DNA of 44,572 nt, counting the filler, from Catajapyx aquilonaris (taxonomy: Eukaryota), in NCBI GenBank assembly GCA_000934665.2. It is 2 parts of 2 records of this genome, joined end to end, with 100 filler letters (N's around TTAATTAATTAA, not from the genome) between each part and the next. Parts side by side here need not be neighbours in the genome. Positions count along the whole stretch, not along the records: positions 22,341 to 44,572 come from KZ539433.1; 1 more part is not named here. The stretch is one strand, 5' to 3'. Every line of letters starts with the position of its first letter. Within the stretch, counting starts at the first letter, position 1. Shown here piece after piece: positions 24,509-36,413 of the stretch. The position numbers were made by a program, and so were the translations under genes. The notes beneath the pieces are model-generated. The model was not told the origin of the DNA and did not search any database. It saw nothing but the letters and a program-made list of their open reading frames with translations.

Positions 24509-25571
24509 TAGTCCGGACGCTAAGAGCCAATTTTGAGGCGAACCGTTCACTTTGTGAAGAAAGCATGAAATTTGGCATAAATGAGGCATAAACCTTACTC
24601 TTCAAATACAGATGTGGAGCCACGCGAGATTTTGCCCCGGAGGCGGGTTGGCTACCCTGAAGCGAGTGAAAAGTCTTTTTCTGAGCGAACTATGCTTCTT
24701 AGGCGGATATGTGCCAAACAAATGTTGTGGGGAAACATGTATCCTACAAAAAGTATATAGTAACTTTTCCCCGTACGGCCCGTATTTTCGGAGCTACAGC
24801 GACTTGAACCAAATTACGGGACGAAAAAAAAGTCAACCGTGCATTGGTGAAATTTGGTAGGAATGTCCCTGAGACCATACTCTTCCAATCCAGATATGGT
24901 GCCACGGCCGTTTTCGCCCTGGAGGCCCGTAATTGCGGGTTGGCTACCTTGAAGCGAGTTGAAAGTATTTTCTGAACGAACTATGCTTCTCAGGAGGAAA
25001 TGTGCCAAACAAAGGTTGTACAGAAACATGTATTCTACAAAAAGGTATAAGTACCTTTTCCACGTAGAGTCCTTATTTTCAGAGCTACAGTGACTTGAAC
25101 CCATAGTCATGGAATTAAGGGAATTAAGGGTCAACAATGCACTTTGGTGATGAAAGCATGAAATTTGGTAAGAATGTCCCTGAGACCATACTCTTCCAAT
25201 CCAGATGTGGAGCCACCCCAGTTTTCGCCCCGGAGGCCCGTAATTGCCGGTTGGCTACCCTTCAGCAAGTGAAAAGTATTTTTCAAGTCGCTGCAGCTCT
25301 GAAAATAAGGACTCTACGTGGAAAAGGTACTTATACCTTTTTGTAGAATACATGTTTCTGTACAACCTTTGTTTGGCACATATCCGCCTAAGAAGCATAG
25401 TTCGCTCAGAAAAAGACTTTTCACTCGCTTCAGGGTAGCCAACCCGCCTCCGGGGCAAAATCTCGCGTGGCTCCACATCTGTATTTGAAGAGTAAGGTTT
25501 ATTCTACATCTATGCCAAATTTCATGCTTTCTTCACAAAGTGAACGGTTCAAACCCTTACCTTCCGGACTA
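24509..25571. mobile_element. Academ-like non-autonomous element
   Basis: GTA|TAGTCCGGA...TCCGGACTA|GTA; ~280-bp units in direct and inverted orientation. Confidence 0.75.
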
Positions 25572-25633
25572 GTAGGCAAACAGCCGGCAGTGGCCTAGTC
25601 ATTCACCCCACGGCAGGGAATATTCCTCCCTGC

Positions 25634-26043
25634 TCAGCCCCCCACAACTCCCTCTCTTTTCCTGTGAGCTTAGCAAGTCCCCTATCCCCGTATGTGGAGT
25701 CCCGCATACCCGTATGTGGAGCCCTGTACCAAAAAGCATTAGAGCGGACGACTTCTGAACCGTACTGAACCTATCTAATTGTGAATTCCCATTCAGCTCC
25801 AGTTTGCAGAACCACAGCACTAGCCACCCGAATATGATTTGGACCGGTCCAAATCGCATTCGGGTGCTTGGTGCTGTAGATCTGCAAACTGGAACTGACT
25901 GGAATTTGACGCTTTAGGTAAGTCCAGTAGATTCAGAAGTCGTCCGTCCTAATGCGATTTGGTACAGGGCTCCACATACGGATAGGGGCCTCACTAAGCG
26001 CATGGCCTTCCCCATATGGCTAGGTAGGGAGTTGCTGGGGACT
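25634..26043. mobile_element. Palindromic MITE (ends approximate)
   Basis: CCGTATGTGGAGCCCTGTACCAAA / TTTGGTACAGGGCTCCACATACGG plus outer inverted matches. Confidence 0.7.
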
Positions 26044-26363
26044 GTCCCTACTATGTCTTTATATTTAATTAAATTATATTTCAAATTAAAACAAACACAT
26101 TTTGCTATCTTTTGGGTAGTAACAGTTTATGAGGTCTGGAGGAAGCCCTCCATGCTCAAAGCAAGAGGTCGAATTCTTTTCACTGCAAGAGGAAAAGAAA
26201 CCAGAGATCAGCAATATTTGTACAGGCAGAATTTTAACTTTTTTTTTGTTAGCAGTTTGTGTTGTTTTATTCTGATGATAAGATGAAAAATTCCCATAGA
26301 ATTCACCCACTTTTTAAAGGAGTAAACTCTAAAAGCTGTTGCAAAGGCTACCAATTAGATATA

Positions 26364-27879
26364 CAGGGTGTATCAGAGTCACGGGTCAAGCACGAGTGAG
26401 GGGGTGAGGAAAAATCGTAGTTGGCGATAACCCCGGTCGGTTTTATAAATCAATTAGAAATAAGGGAGTAATCGATTTTGATTATGGCGTGACGTCATGT
26501 CCTTTCCGTTCAAATTGAGAGGCGCGAAAAAGCGAGTACAGTGCGCCCAGCGGCTCTCTACCCGTGCTGGATCACTGAACAAGGCGCTCTCATGCTCTCC
26601 CGCCTTCCCACGCAAAGCATGGGGCTGGGTTTGGACCTCGGAAACCCCTCTTCACGACCTGCCCATGCAACGGTGCACCAGGAAATTGCGGGGGATGTCG
26701 AGCACCGCGATGTCTCTGTACAAGTGTACAGGCAGGAATGACAGTAAGCATACTGTGTAGACGGCATCCTCATCGAAAAATCGCGAATAATGTTTCTCGC
26801 AGTGGTCAGACGGCTGCATGAGGCCGGTACATTGCGAGGCAGGCGAGATACGTCAGGTACGTGCAGTTAGTACAGTGTGTCGTACACCTGTACTGTAGTA
26901 CAGCACTGCACTGGCTGGATAATGCCTGTGTAAAGTAGTGTAGGTACTGTAACAGTACTGTATCGCACAATGCACCTCGTACCGCATGTACCATGGCAAT
27001 GAAGGAAGACGTTCTGGACATGGTACCCATGGACCCATTGATCAGCACCCGTGAAGTCGGTTGTAGAGTGCACAGCATTCATTCCAATGTGTGAAGGAGC
27101 ATCCATGACAGCATCCAAGCGAATGGCTGCCAGTTCCAGCATTTTCTGTAGTCACGGTATGCGTACTGACAGTACACATACCGACTTCACGGGTGCTGAT
27201 CGATGGGTCCATGGCTACCATGTCCAGAATGTCCTCCTCCATTGCCATGGTACGTGTGGTCCGAGGTGCATTGTGCGATACAGTATACTGTTACAGTACG
27301 GTACACTACTGTACACAGGCATTATCCAGCCAGTGCAGTGCTGTACTACAGTACAAATGTACAACACCTTGTACTAACTGTACGTACCTGACGTACCTTG
27401 CCTGGCTCGCAATGTACCAGCCTCACGCAGCCGTCTGTCCACTGCAAGAAACATTATTCGCGATTTTCCGATGAGGATGATGTCTACACGGTATGCGTAC
27501 TGTCATTCCTGCCTGTACACTTGTACAGAGACATCGGTGCTCGACATCCTCCGCCATTTCCCGGTGCACCGTTGCATGGGCAGGTCGCGAAGAAGCGTTG
27601 ACGAGGTCCAAACACGGCCCCATGCTTTGCGTGGGAAGGCGGGAGAGCATGACAGCACTTTGTTCAGTACAACCGGCATGGCTAGAGAGCTGCTGGGTGA
27701 ACTGTACTTGTCTTTCCGGGCCTCTCAATTCGAACGGAGAGGATGTGTCGTCCCGCCGTAATCAAAAATCAATTACTCCCTTATTTCTAATTGTTTTATA
27801 AAACCAACCGGGTTATCTACACCTACGATTTTTCCCCACCCCCTCGCGCAAACTTGACCCATGACTCTAATACACCCTG
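26364..27879. mobile_element. Foldback Tc1/IS630-type element (copy B, uninterrupted)
   Basis: TA|CAGGGTGTATCAGAGTCACGGGTCAAG...TACACCCTG; ~700-bp arms each carrying an MEEDILDMVAMDPSISTREVG-like HTH relic. Confidence 0.9.
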
Positions 27880-27935
27880 CACCTACCACCCATCAAACAA
27901 CCATTTAACCCTTCAAATGTTTCAGCCACACTCAC

Positions 27936-28950
27936 TTGTCTTTAGGCCTGGGTGCCCCAAGAACTGACTCTGAGCCACTGGGACACCTCAAGACTACTCT
28001 CAGATATCCCCTCTGTCCATGTTTCACTGTCACTCTGGCCTGAGCATACTCCAGGAGGCGCAATCCAGATGCCTTTAAATCATCATCAGCCACGATCACA
28101 CTAGTCTCCACTCCCTTCTCACCACTTGGAATATCGACTCCCACTTTTATTTCCTTTGCACTGTATGTTGCCATGAAAGGTACAGTCTCCCACACAGCAG
28201 CAGCTGCCACCATCCTCCATGCATCCACAACTCCAAAGCCATGCTGGTAACTGTGGTGCAATCCAGCTGAATTTGTGACCCATCCATTACCTTCAATCTT
28301 AACCGCAGAGAGCACTATAATGTGCTTAATATCTCGCCATGTCAAGCAAGGTCGAACTTGCAGCATCAGCGCTATAATTCCAGCTACTAATGGAGCTGCA
28401 GCACTTGTTCCCGTGTGGTGTATTGTACAACGGTCATTTTTGCCCCCACCACCCCAATCAGTGGTTACAATGTCACGCAGGCCAGGGTCACCAGAGCTGA
28501 ATGCAACAGCCAGCATGCAGGCACACTCTTCAGCATAGTAAGGCATGCGTCCCAGCTCATCCACGGCACCAATAGTGACAGTATACACTGAGTTTGCATA
28601 TCCATCATAATTGCAATTGTCTCCATTGATACCACCATTTCCTGAAGCAACCACATACACCGTGCCATAACCCCCTCGACCCAAAGCAGTTCCAATGGCT
28701 AAGGCCTGCCTGGCTAAAAAACGAGGACCATCAACAACCTCGCCATCATCATCAGGTCCCCAGCTGCAGGAATAAACAGCATTAACTGAGCGGCCACGTG
28801 CAAAGGCAGTTGCTTCCAGGCTGTCTGTCATGCGGCCATCCAGGACACGAATTCCAGACACATGGGCACCATATGCTACACCCACTCCACACATGCGGTT
28901 GGGAACAGAGGCAATCTCACCAGCGCAACGGGTGCCATGTTGATTCTCAT
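27936..28950 (-). CDS. PCSK7: PC7 exon 3 (catalytic His, oxyanion Asn, Ser; start of the P domain); later exons not found
   Basis: NQHGTRCAGE, YSCSWGPDDDG, ASGNGG, YAEECACMLAV, HTGTSAAAP; cag/GTGAGT; 1015 nt. Confidence 0.95.
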
Positions 28951-29486
28951 CTGAAATTTTAAAATGCCACTCTTAAAAGGATGAAGTGAAATGACGAGCA
29001 TTTTTGAAAGAAATGAACAAGTTATTTCAAATATTAGGATGGCATGAATTACAAAATATCATGCATTTACACAGTCATGTACAGCTCCAAGGCATATTTT
29101 AAAGCATGGGCTATATTACTATACTCGTGCTATAGACCTTGCAGACAATTTCATGAATGCACAGTTCATGAATGATGCATAACTGTACATGGATGAAATG
29201 CTGAATTAATACCATGGCCTGAACCTGGATATGAAAGGAGAATCTAGGTCAGAATGAGATTTAATTACGATAAGGGAATCAGTTACCTGACTTTACAAGA
29301 AATATTTCGGGACCTGTCTCTGCATTTCATACTCAAATTTTCTGATTTTCCTAGCTTTTTAAGAAAACTGTATATAGGCAATATCCAACTCTTGACAGTC
29401 CTCCAATTGTCTTGCTGTCATAACCGAGTGCTTATTCCTGCATCATTTTCTTCAAATATTTTCATTGTTTCAATACTCAACTAGGT

Positions 29487-29933
29487 CAGGGAGCATATAC
29501 TACATAAGAGGCGCAAACATTCGATTTATTTCGTCTCTCTGTTTATAGGGCGTTGCCAAGGCTGGCGGCCATCTTGAAGTGTGTGGTATGTCAACGAGGT
29601 ATAAATAGGGTACAGGCAGGCCGTCAAGGTCCGCGGGGTCCGCCATCTTTGATGGTTTGGGCTGCCATGGCAATACACGGCAATAACAATTTACTTACCC
29701 ATTTTCCAATATCGAATTCAAATTCGCGCGTGTTCTTGCCGTGTAGTTGCCATGGCTGCCAAAACCATCAAAGATGGCGGACCTTATTTTTGCCTGTACC
29801 CTATTTATACCTCGTTGGCATACCACACACGTCAAGGTGGCCGCCGGCCTTGGCAACGCCCTATAAACACAAAGACGCGAACAACAAAGGCGCGGACAGA
29901 AGTTTGTGCCTCTTATGTAGTATATGCTCCCTG
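29487..29933. mobile_element. Palindromic MITE, P-element-like termini
   Basis: 7-bp TSD ACTAGGT; TIR CAGGGAGCATATACTACATAAGAGGC; near-total palindrome. Confidence 0.85.
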
Positions 29934-31160
29934 ACTAGGTGTAGAATTTCTTGTTGCCAATTCAATACCACTATCAAAATTATGAGCAACTTCTGGTCTA
30001 ATATTGCAGTTGATAAGTCATGAAACAATTTTTTGCAATACAGGTTGAGAATCCTTTATCCGAAATTCCAGAAACCACAAACCTTGAAAGTCTGAAAGTT
30101 TTTTGAGTGCTGACATGATGTGCTGCAAATGGAACATCATGCCAGCACTTACTAGATGTCAATATACATATAGAGTGAAACCTGCCCATTACGGACCCTG
30201 GGTATAGCGGAAACCTATCTCATGTAGAACTTTTTCTGGGAACGGGCGTATGCATAGGGCATGCAATGTGTTTTTTGACAGATATTATGGAACCTGCCCA
30301 ACGCAGAAACAGCAAAGAGTTTTGGCTCCCTTCAGAGAAAATCTCTGTTCATAACAGAAATCAAAAGGTTCACATTATATCCTGTGAGTCACAAAAATAG
30401 AAATTACAGCCTGGTTCACTCTCGGCCCTCCCAGGAGGCCTCTGAGTAACCTTTTCTGGACCATCCAACACCATACTGTCTCTCATAATTGCTGGAATTG
30501 CTACAAGCTCCTCGCCTTGAAAATAGGCATATTGGTCAGGAAAGGGGGACTATTTTTGGCCTGAAAATGGAGAGACGGTGTGCAGAAGAGCCAAGAAGAC
30601 TGTGACTCATGATTTGTAGGTCGCCTTCTAGTTTATTTCACTGTTCAGTCAAGTTTTAAAATGTCGGGGAAGATGAAAGGGTTGACACAGGCTCAATGTA
30701 TTCCCAGTGTAGTGGCAGATATCTCCAAAAAAGGCCTCATTTTCAGCCATTTCCAGAATTTTGCGATTTTTTTCCTCGTCATGGTGTTACGCAATATGGC
30801 TGAAACTTTATATTATAATAATGCTGGGGTAATGTGCTTTCGCCCCCACCATATTTCACGGACCTTTATTATTTTGATGATGGTACATTTGGAGCCTATT
30901 CATTTGAAATGCCCAGGCCCATATCTGTAGCCTGATTGCCTCATATCTGTAGGACTATCGGTTCTCAAGTTATGCGCTGTTGACGATACGTCAATTGTTG
31001 GGTGCATATAAGAAGAAATGCCACAAATTTTTTTAAATTCCAGTTCGAGTGAAAGTAATTTTTGTGGTAAATTTTTTTGTGTTTGGCGTTTACTTATTGG
31101 CACAAATAAAAATAATAAAGCATGAATCCATGATCATTACTTCTACATATAAGGTATATA

Positions 31161-31569
31161 CAGGGTGTATCTGAACTCAGTGCCCCGACGTATATGACTG
31201 CCTTCCTAGCCACCAGAGGATCGATTTAAGTATAGGAGTCATTATGTCTGGCCACCGCATTACTGAGATAAATGCCTGCAAACATGTAGTACAAAATATC
31301 CTGTCGGTTAGGCCACCCATCGAACCCTCCCCCAGTCAGAATGCTCTGGAAGGTCTGGGGGCGGGACTTTGTTGGTTTGTTGCCCACAGGTGGTAAGGCC
31401 TCTTTGGCTAGTTACACCAGAAAATTCTATTTAAAAGTCAGAAGGAGCGATTAGGCAAAAATCGCTAAAGAGTGTATCTCAGTAATGAGGCTGCCCAGAC
31501 ATAAGTTGATCCTCTGGTGGCTAGGAAGGCAGTCATATACGTCGGGGCACTGAGTTCAGATACACCCTG
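31161..31569. mobile_element. Young Tc1/mariner-type MITE
   Basis: TA TSD; perfect 62-bp TIR CAGGGTGTATCTGAACTCAGTGCCCCGACG... Confidence 0.92.
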
Positions 31570-31577
31570 TATATATA

Positions 31578-32835
31578 CGAGGTAGGCGCCAAAAGTTTCC
31601 GTCCTGGCTATGTTCCAGGGGTGATAGAAATAAAACAACTATAGTGTCAGGTAGTCCCAACCATGAGTTGAGGAATGTACAAGTTTCACCCGGCAACGTC
31701 AGTCAGTCTCTCAGAAAAGTCAACTTTAGTCAGACGAGTTGCAACATGGTGAAAATCGAGTATCAAGAGTGATCAAGTTTCTCACCATGGAAGGCCTTAC
31801 TACCATGTCTATTAAACAGGCCTTGGATGGTGTGTATGGTGAAGCTTCCTCTTCATATTCCACCATAAAGGAATGGGCTAAGCAGTTTCGTTTGGGTTGA
31901 GAGAACATCGAAGGCGAGCTATGCGACTTTCGGCCCGTGGAGGTGCTGACTGCAGAGACCATCTCTCTTGTGGAGGAGTAGGTGCTGCAAGCAGGCCCTT
32001 GGAGGTGGAGGAACTCTTGGGAAGGTTGTGTCTTTCAGACACCACCATTCCTCTCATTATTCATGAACACCTTCACCTGAAAAAGGTCAGCACAAGATGG
32101 GTGCCCCGACTTCTGTCCGCAATTAAAAAGCAAAAATGCATAACATGTTGCGAAACCTTTTCGGACCTTCGCCATGGCAAACAGAAAGAAGTACTGGAGT
32201 TCATCGTCACAGGAGATGAAACTATGGTCCTGTGCTATGATCCTCTATCAAAATGAGAATTAATGGAATAGCTTAGGGCAGGCGGAAAGCGGCCGAGTGA
32301 CCCGGTCAACCAAGAAGACCATGGTGACGGTTCTTTAGAATTCCAAAGGAATCTTACTAATAGACTTCAAGGATTAAACCTCGATTGTCTAAGGGGAGTC
32401 TTACTCTGGCCTGCTGCACAGGTTTCGTGATGCCATGAAGAAGAAGAGATGCGGGAAGTTGAGTTGGGGTGTTCTCCAACTTCTGGATAATGAACCAGGT
32501 TACAGGACAATGTTTCCAAGGCTGCTGTGAGGAACTGTGGCTTCGAGGAGCTTGATCACCCACCCTACTGGCCCCTAGTGACTATTACCTGTTATCCAAA
32601 CTCAAAAAAGAACTTCAAGGTACGGTTAAAAAGTGATGAAGAGGTGTAAGAGGCAGTATACGAGCATTTTGTCGAGAAAACTTTGGACTATTTTTCCAGA
32701 GGTATTGAAATGATAATTATGAGATATGAGACATGCATTGATGTAGAAGGAGACTATATTGAAAAATGACACTGTAGTTTTATTTCCATCACCCCTGGAA
32801 CATAGCCAGGACAGAAACTTTTGGCGCCTACCTCG
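31578..32835 (+). mobile_element. Full-length decayed mariner transposon
   Basis: TA flanks; TIR CGAGGTAGGCGCCAAAAGTTTC; 1258 bp. Confidence 0.95.
31746..32769 (+). pseudogene. mariner transposase pseudogene
   Basis: VIKFL...EWAKQF, RWVPRLL, IVTGDETMV, HPPY..PSDYYL; multiple stops and frameshifts. Confidence 0.93.
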
Positions 32836-33529
32836 TATATAGACATGTAAGGCATTAGACAGAGCATCAATAGAGCTTACATTTGGTATGCATTGCATAT
32901 TTTTAGCCCTAATGGGCTTCACAGTCACAGGGGAAAGTGAGATGGAATTGCCATAAGGCGCCATGCAAATTCGTATTGCTGCCTCTCATAAGTTCACAAA
33001 TAAGGCCGTCGCTCCCCTCTTCCCCACGTGATTCCCCCCTGCCATAGCAGACGGCAATGAATACCACCTATACTGTATGCCAGGAAAAACGGACTATCCC
33101 GCAAAAATGTTACTGTATGGACTAATTTTGCACCATATTGAGGTAAGGTGCTTATTTTTGCTCTCCCATTTTCCTCCCTTTCTCATAGGCAAAAAATATC
33201 AGTAACCTCATTGATCTGAATATTTAACGGAAACCTACCCATAATGGAACATTTTCGTGGTCCCATGCGATTCCGTAATACACAGGTTTCACTGTATTCC
33301 TAAATCTGAAAAATTCTGAATTCCAAAAAAAAGGAAGACATACCGGTACTTAAAAGATGATATGAAAACAAAACTTTCAGAATTATGTGACAATATAGGG
33401 TGTTCCAAGTATGTGGGTTGCTTTAGATAGGAAATTTCGCTTGAAGTTGTTATATTTTTGTAGCATGTTATGTCCCAATCAAGGTGCCCTATTATACAGA
33501 AACCGCTACATTCAATGACCTGGGAGTAA

Positions 33530-33765
33530 ATCCGCGTTTACATGTGAGCGATTTAACGAGCTAAGTCTTCGCTGAGCGGTAACTTCACTGTGCGGTAACT
33601 TCGCTGTGCAATAACATCGCTGAGTAACCCAAGTAACCAGTATTGTTTGAGGCGAACATCGATTGTTACTTCCACCTCAAACAATATTGGTAACTTGGGT
33701 TACGTAGCGATGTTACCACTCAGGGAACACTTCACTCGTCAAATCGCTCCCATGTAAACGCGGCT
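33530..33765. mobile_element. Harbinger-like MITE
   Basis: TAA TSD; TIR CCGCGTTTACATG; internal palindrome. Confidence 0.75.
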
Positions 33766-34723
33766 TAATGGGCCATCTGGATTGGCAGCGAAACAAGCTA
33801 CACAAAAATAACTACATCAACCAATATTAGTGAACTAAAAATGACCCAAATGAATGAATGGGATATGGATTTTCACAAGATGGATAAATTTCTAAAAGCA
33901 ATAATAAATCAGTGCTAGGTCTGTAGATGTGATAGAAATCTGGTGGCAGGCATGAGTAGGATTTTCATAACTTGGACTATTGCTGGAAAAAAAACAGTTT
34001 CACTTTTACTTCTGACATTAATTATTAAGATCAACATCCATTAAAAATTATTGAGTGCCATGATGAAATTGATCCAGGAAGGGATTATTTACACAAGGCA
34101 AGGTTAATTTTTGATGTCATTTTAAACGATTGTGAGGAACCTAATTTTACAGGATGGTCAGCTACTCTTGCATTTGTTTCAGGTAGGGTGTTTCCTTGGC
34201 CTATTCTAAGACCAAAATATTCTGGATCACTTTTTTGAGAGGCAATCCAGACATTAATACTTCAAAGTATTTTAGTGAGCAGTCCCCTGCAACTCCTACC
34301 CCAGCCTATGCAGATGTCAGTGAGCTTAGATGCTCTCCACCACCCCGAATTTGGCACTGCAGTTGTGCACGATCACCAAGGCACTTAGGGTGGAAACCTT
34401 CTGAACCAACCCAAACCGTCCTTTCCACTGCAGCTAGGTCCGGAGCACGTTCGCAGTCTTCCGCCACCTGCCCAAACAGCCTTGGTGACTGTTCTCTGCC
34501 AGCCAAATTCTGGGTGGTGGTGAACATCTAAGCTCACATAAAAGGGGAGGGAGTTGCGGGACCTGAGTATTACACCAGACCATGTTAGTGAGGAATCAGG
34601 AATTAAACTTACAATGCCTCAATGGTCCTAGCAGCAGGACATGTGGAAGCTTACTCTCTCAAGAAATTAATCACATCACTAAAATGAGGCTTGCCTTCCA
34701 ATCTACACACACTTGAGACTCAC

Positions 34724-34922
34724 TGCCATCATCAACTGGCGAAGGGTCTGGATCATCTCCATTGAGATCCCATGACCCATCCTGGTTGTAGTTGTCAGCA
34801 AGATCTGGATGCCGCCAGTCTAGTCCATCATCCACCACGCACACCGTCACGCCTTCCCCCGTGACACCTTGGTCCCAGACGCCGCTCACATTCAGATCCA
34901 GTCCTGGGTTGCGGCGATTCAC
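34724..34922 (-). CDS. PCSK7: PC7 exon 2 (catalytic Asp)
   Basis: NRRNPGLDLNVSGVWDQGVTGEGVTVCVVDDGL...GSWDLNGDDPDP; tag/GTGAGT; 199 nt. Confidence 0.94.
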
Positions 34923-35053
34923 CTAACCAAATTGACGACTCCTTTAGGCAAGACTGAAGTGGTCCCAACTATGAAATTACACTTGCTACGTTTTAAAAGA
35001 AGTAACTATTTATTTGTCCCCTTCACTCACTCATATGCAGGCAATATACTAAC

Positions 35054-35782
35054 CAGGTGCCACTGTTTCACGAAGAGTGGGTCCTGGAAGTGTGCAGCTG
35101 CCTCCCTCTTGCATCTTCTCCTGAAGACCTCCTGGTGAATCTCCCCAACATTTCTGTGGTGCCTGAGCTGGCCCTCCACCTGCCTCACCACAGACCAGAA
35201 GCGCACCCCACTGTTGGCATCATCCCAACACCCATCACGAGTCTTCCACCTACTGCACCTGGCCTGTCGCTTCCTTCCCAGGTGCCTGTATGTGTAGTAG
35301 TAAGGGTGTGCCAGGATGTACCATCCGGTGAGCCCCTCTACCGCCCCCATACATAAAAGTCCGCAGTCCCTGGCAACCCTCTGTGCCAAACCATAATACA
35401 TAAATGGCAGCTCCGTCTCCGAGCTCTGTTTGCTACTAGTACTGTAATCTAGAAGCAAGTGCACATTCCAGGTCATAGTGTAGATGTGTCGGGTAGATTG
35501 GTTCCCTCCTCCTGCAGGTTCCTGATCGTGCCACAGGTCACCCCTCCGCGACACGTATGCAGTATTGGGAGCGGCGGGAGTAGCAGATCCTGCGGCGGAA
35601 CTGCACAGCTGGTACAACACCAGGAAGTGTAAGCAGCGAAGGGAAATTCCCCGGATCACAGTTACACCAGCTGATACCACCGAGTGAGCAGGAGAGCAGG
35701 AAGGTTCTTGCAGCCGCTCTCGCTCCATGCCATGCTCCATGCAGCTCACCGTTCTGTCCGTGGTGCTGTCACATCCCGCCAT
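35054..35782 (-). CDS. PCSK7: Proprotein convertase PC7 coding exon 1 (signal and prodomain)
   Basis: Hydrophobic segment, prodomain ending RRRCKR|EAAAHFQDPLFVKQWHL; donor GTTAGT; the true start codon is uncertain. Confidence 0.85.
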
Positions 35783-36033
35783 CTTTAACTATAGGAACTG
35801 GAATGGAATGGAACCAACAATGGAACATAGAATGGAACGTTGGAATCGTTGCTGTTTTAACCAAAGGAACGGACTGCCGAAATAATATTCATTTTATAGT
35901 CAAAACTGACTTTTAAAATAATTAAAATAGTATATAAGTACTGAAGCTTTTAAATTGCTGAGTTTTTAAATGCAAATACAGGTGAAGACCAGTGTAGACA
36001 TCTGGCGGTTCTCTCTTTAATAAAAGCGGCACT

Positions 36034-36265
36034 TTAATTGATATTTATTTAAGGAGGTTGGCCCAGCATTTGCCATTCAACCTCCAAGGATAGGGAAGGA
36101 AGGAAGCGGCTGTGGCCTATTATACGGAAGCGACCCCGGAATTATCCTAGAAAGACCGTGGAAAACCACAGAAAACCACGGTCAAGGTTGCCGGCCCCGG
36201 GATTCGAACCCAGGACCTCCCGATTAGCAGTCGGACGCCTTATCCACTATGCCAACCTGCTTCGG
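36034..36265 (-). mobile_element. tRNA-derived SINE (Inv-domain-like)
   Basis: Perfect 16-bp TSD TAATAAAAGCGGCACT; B box GTTCGAATCC. Confidence 0.88.
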
Positions 36266-36413
36266 TAATAAAAGCGGCACTATAAAATACGCCGATATAG
36301 GATAGGCATATAGAGGCATACAGACATAGACTACAGTATTATACCTTCGACCATGATACTACATGTAGAAATGGTCGAAGGTATAATACAACTCGTCGAA
36401 CTCGATACAACTA

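Larger units (their letters stand above)
30173..33294. mobile_element. pogo/Tigger-like MITE expanded by nested insertions
   Basis: TA|GAGTGAAACCTG...CAGGTTTCACTG|TA; itself apparently inside a Tigger4-like relic starting CAGGTTGAG at 30041. Confidence 0.55.

Noticed and set aside
24540..25550. Repeated units as a CRISPR-like array
   Set aside because: The units are ~280 bp without unique spacers, and the context is a eukaryotic TIR element
25599..25859. Minus-strand ORF ending WGE as a possible PCSK7 P-domain exon
   Set aside because: No W-x-F-S-T-V-R-C context, followed by a stop, and inside a palindromic MITE
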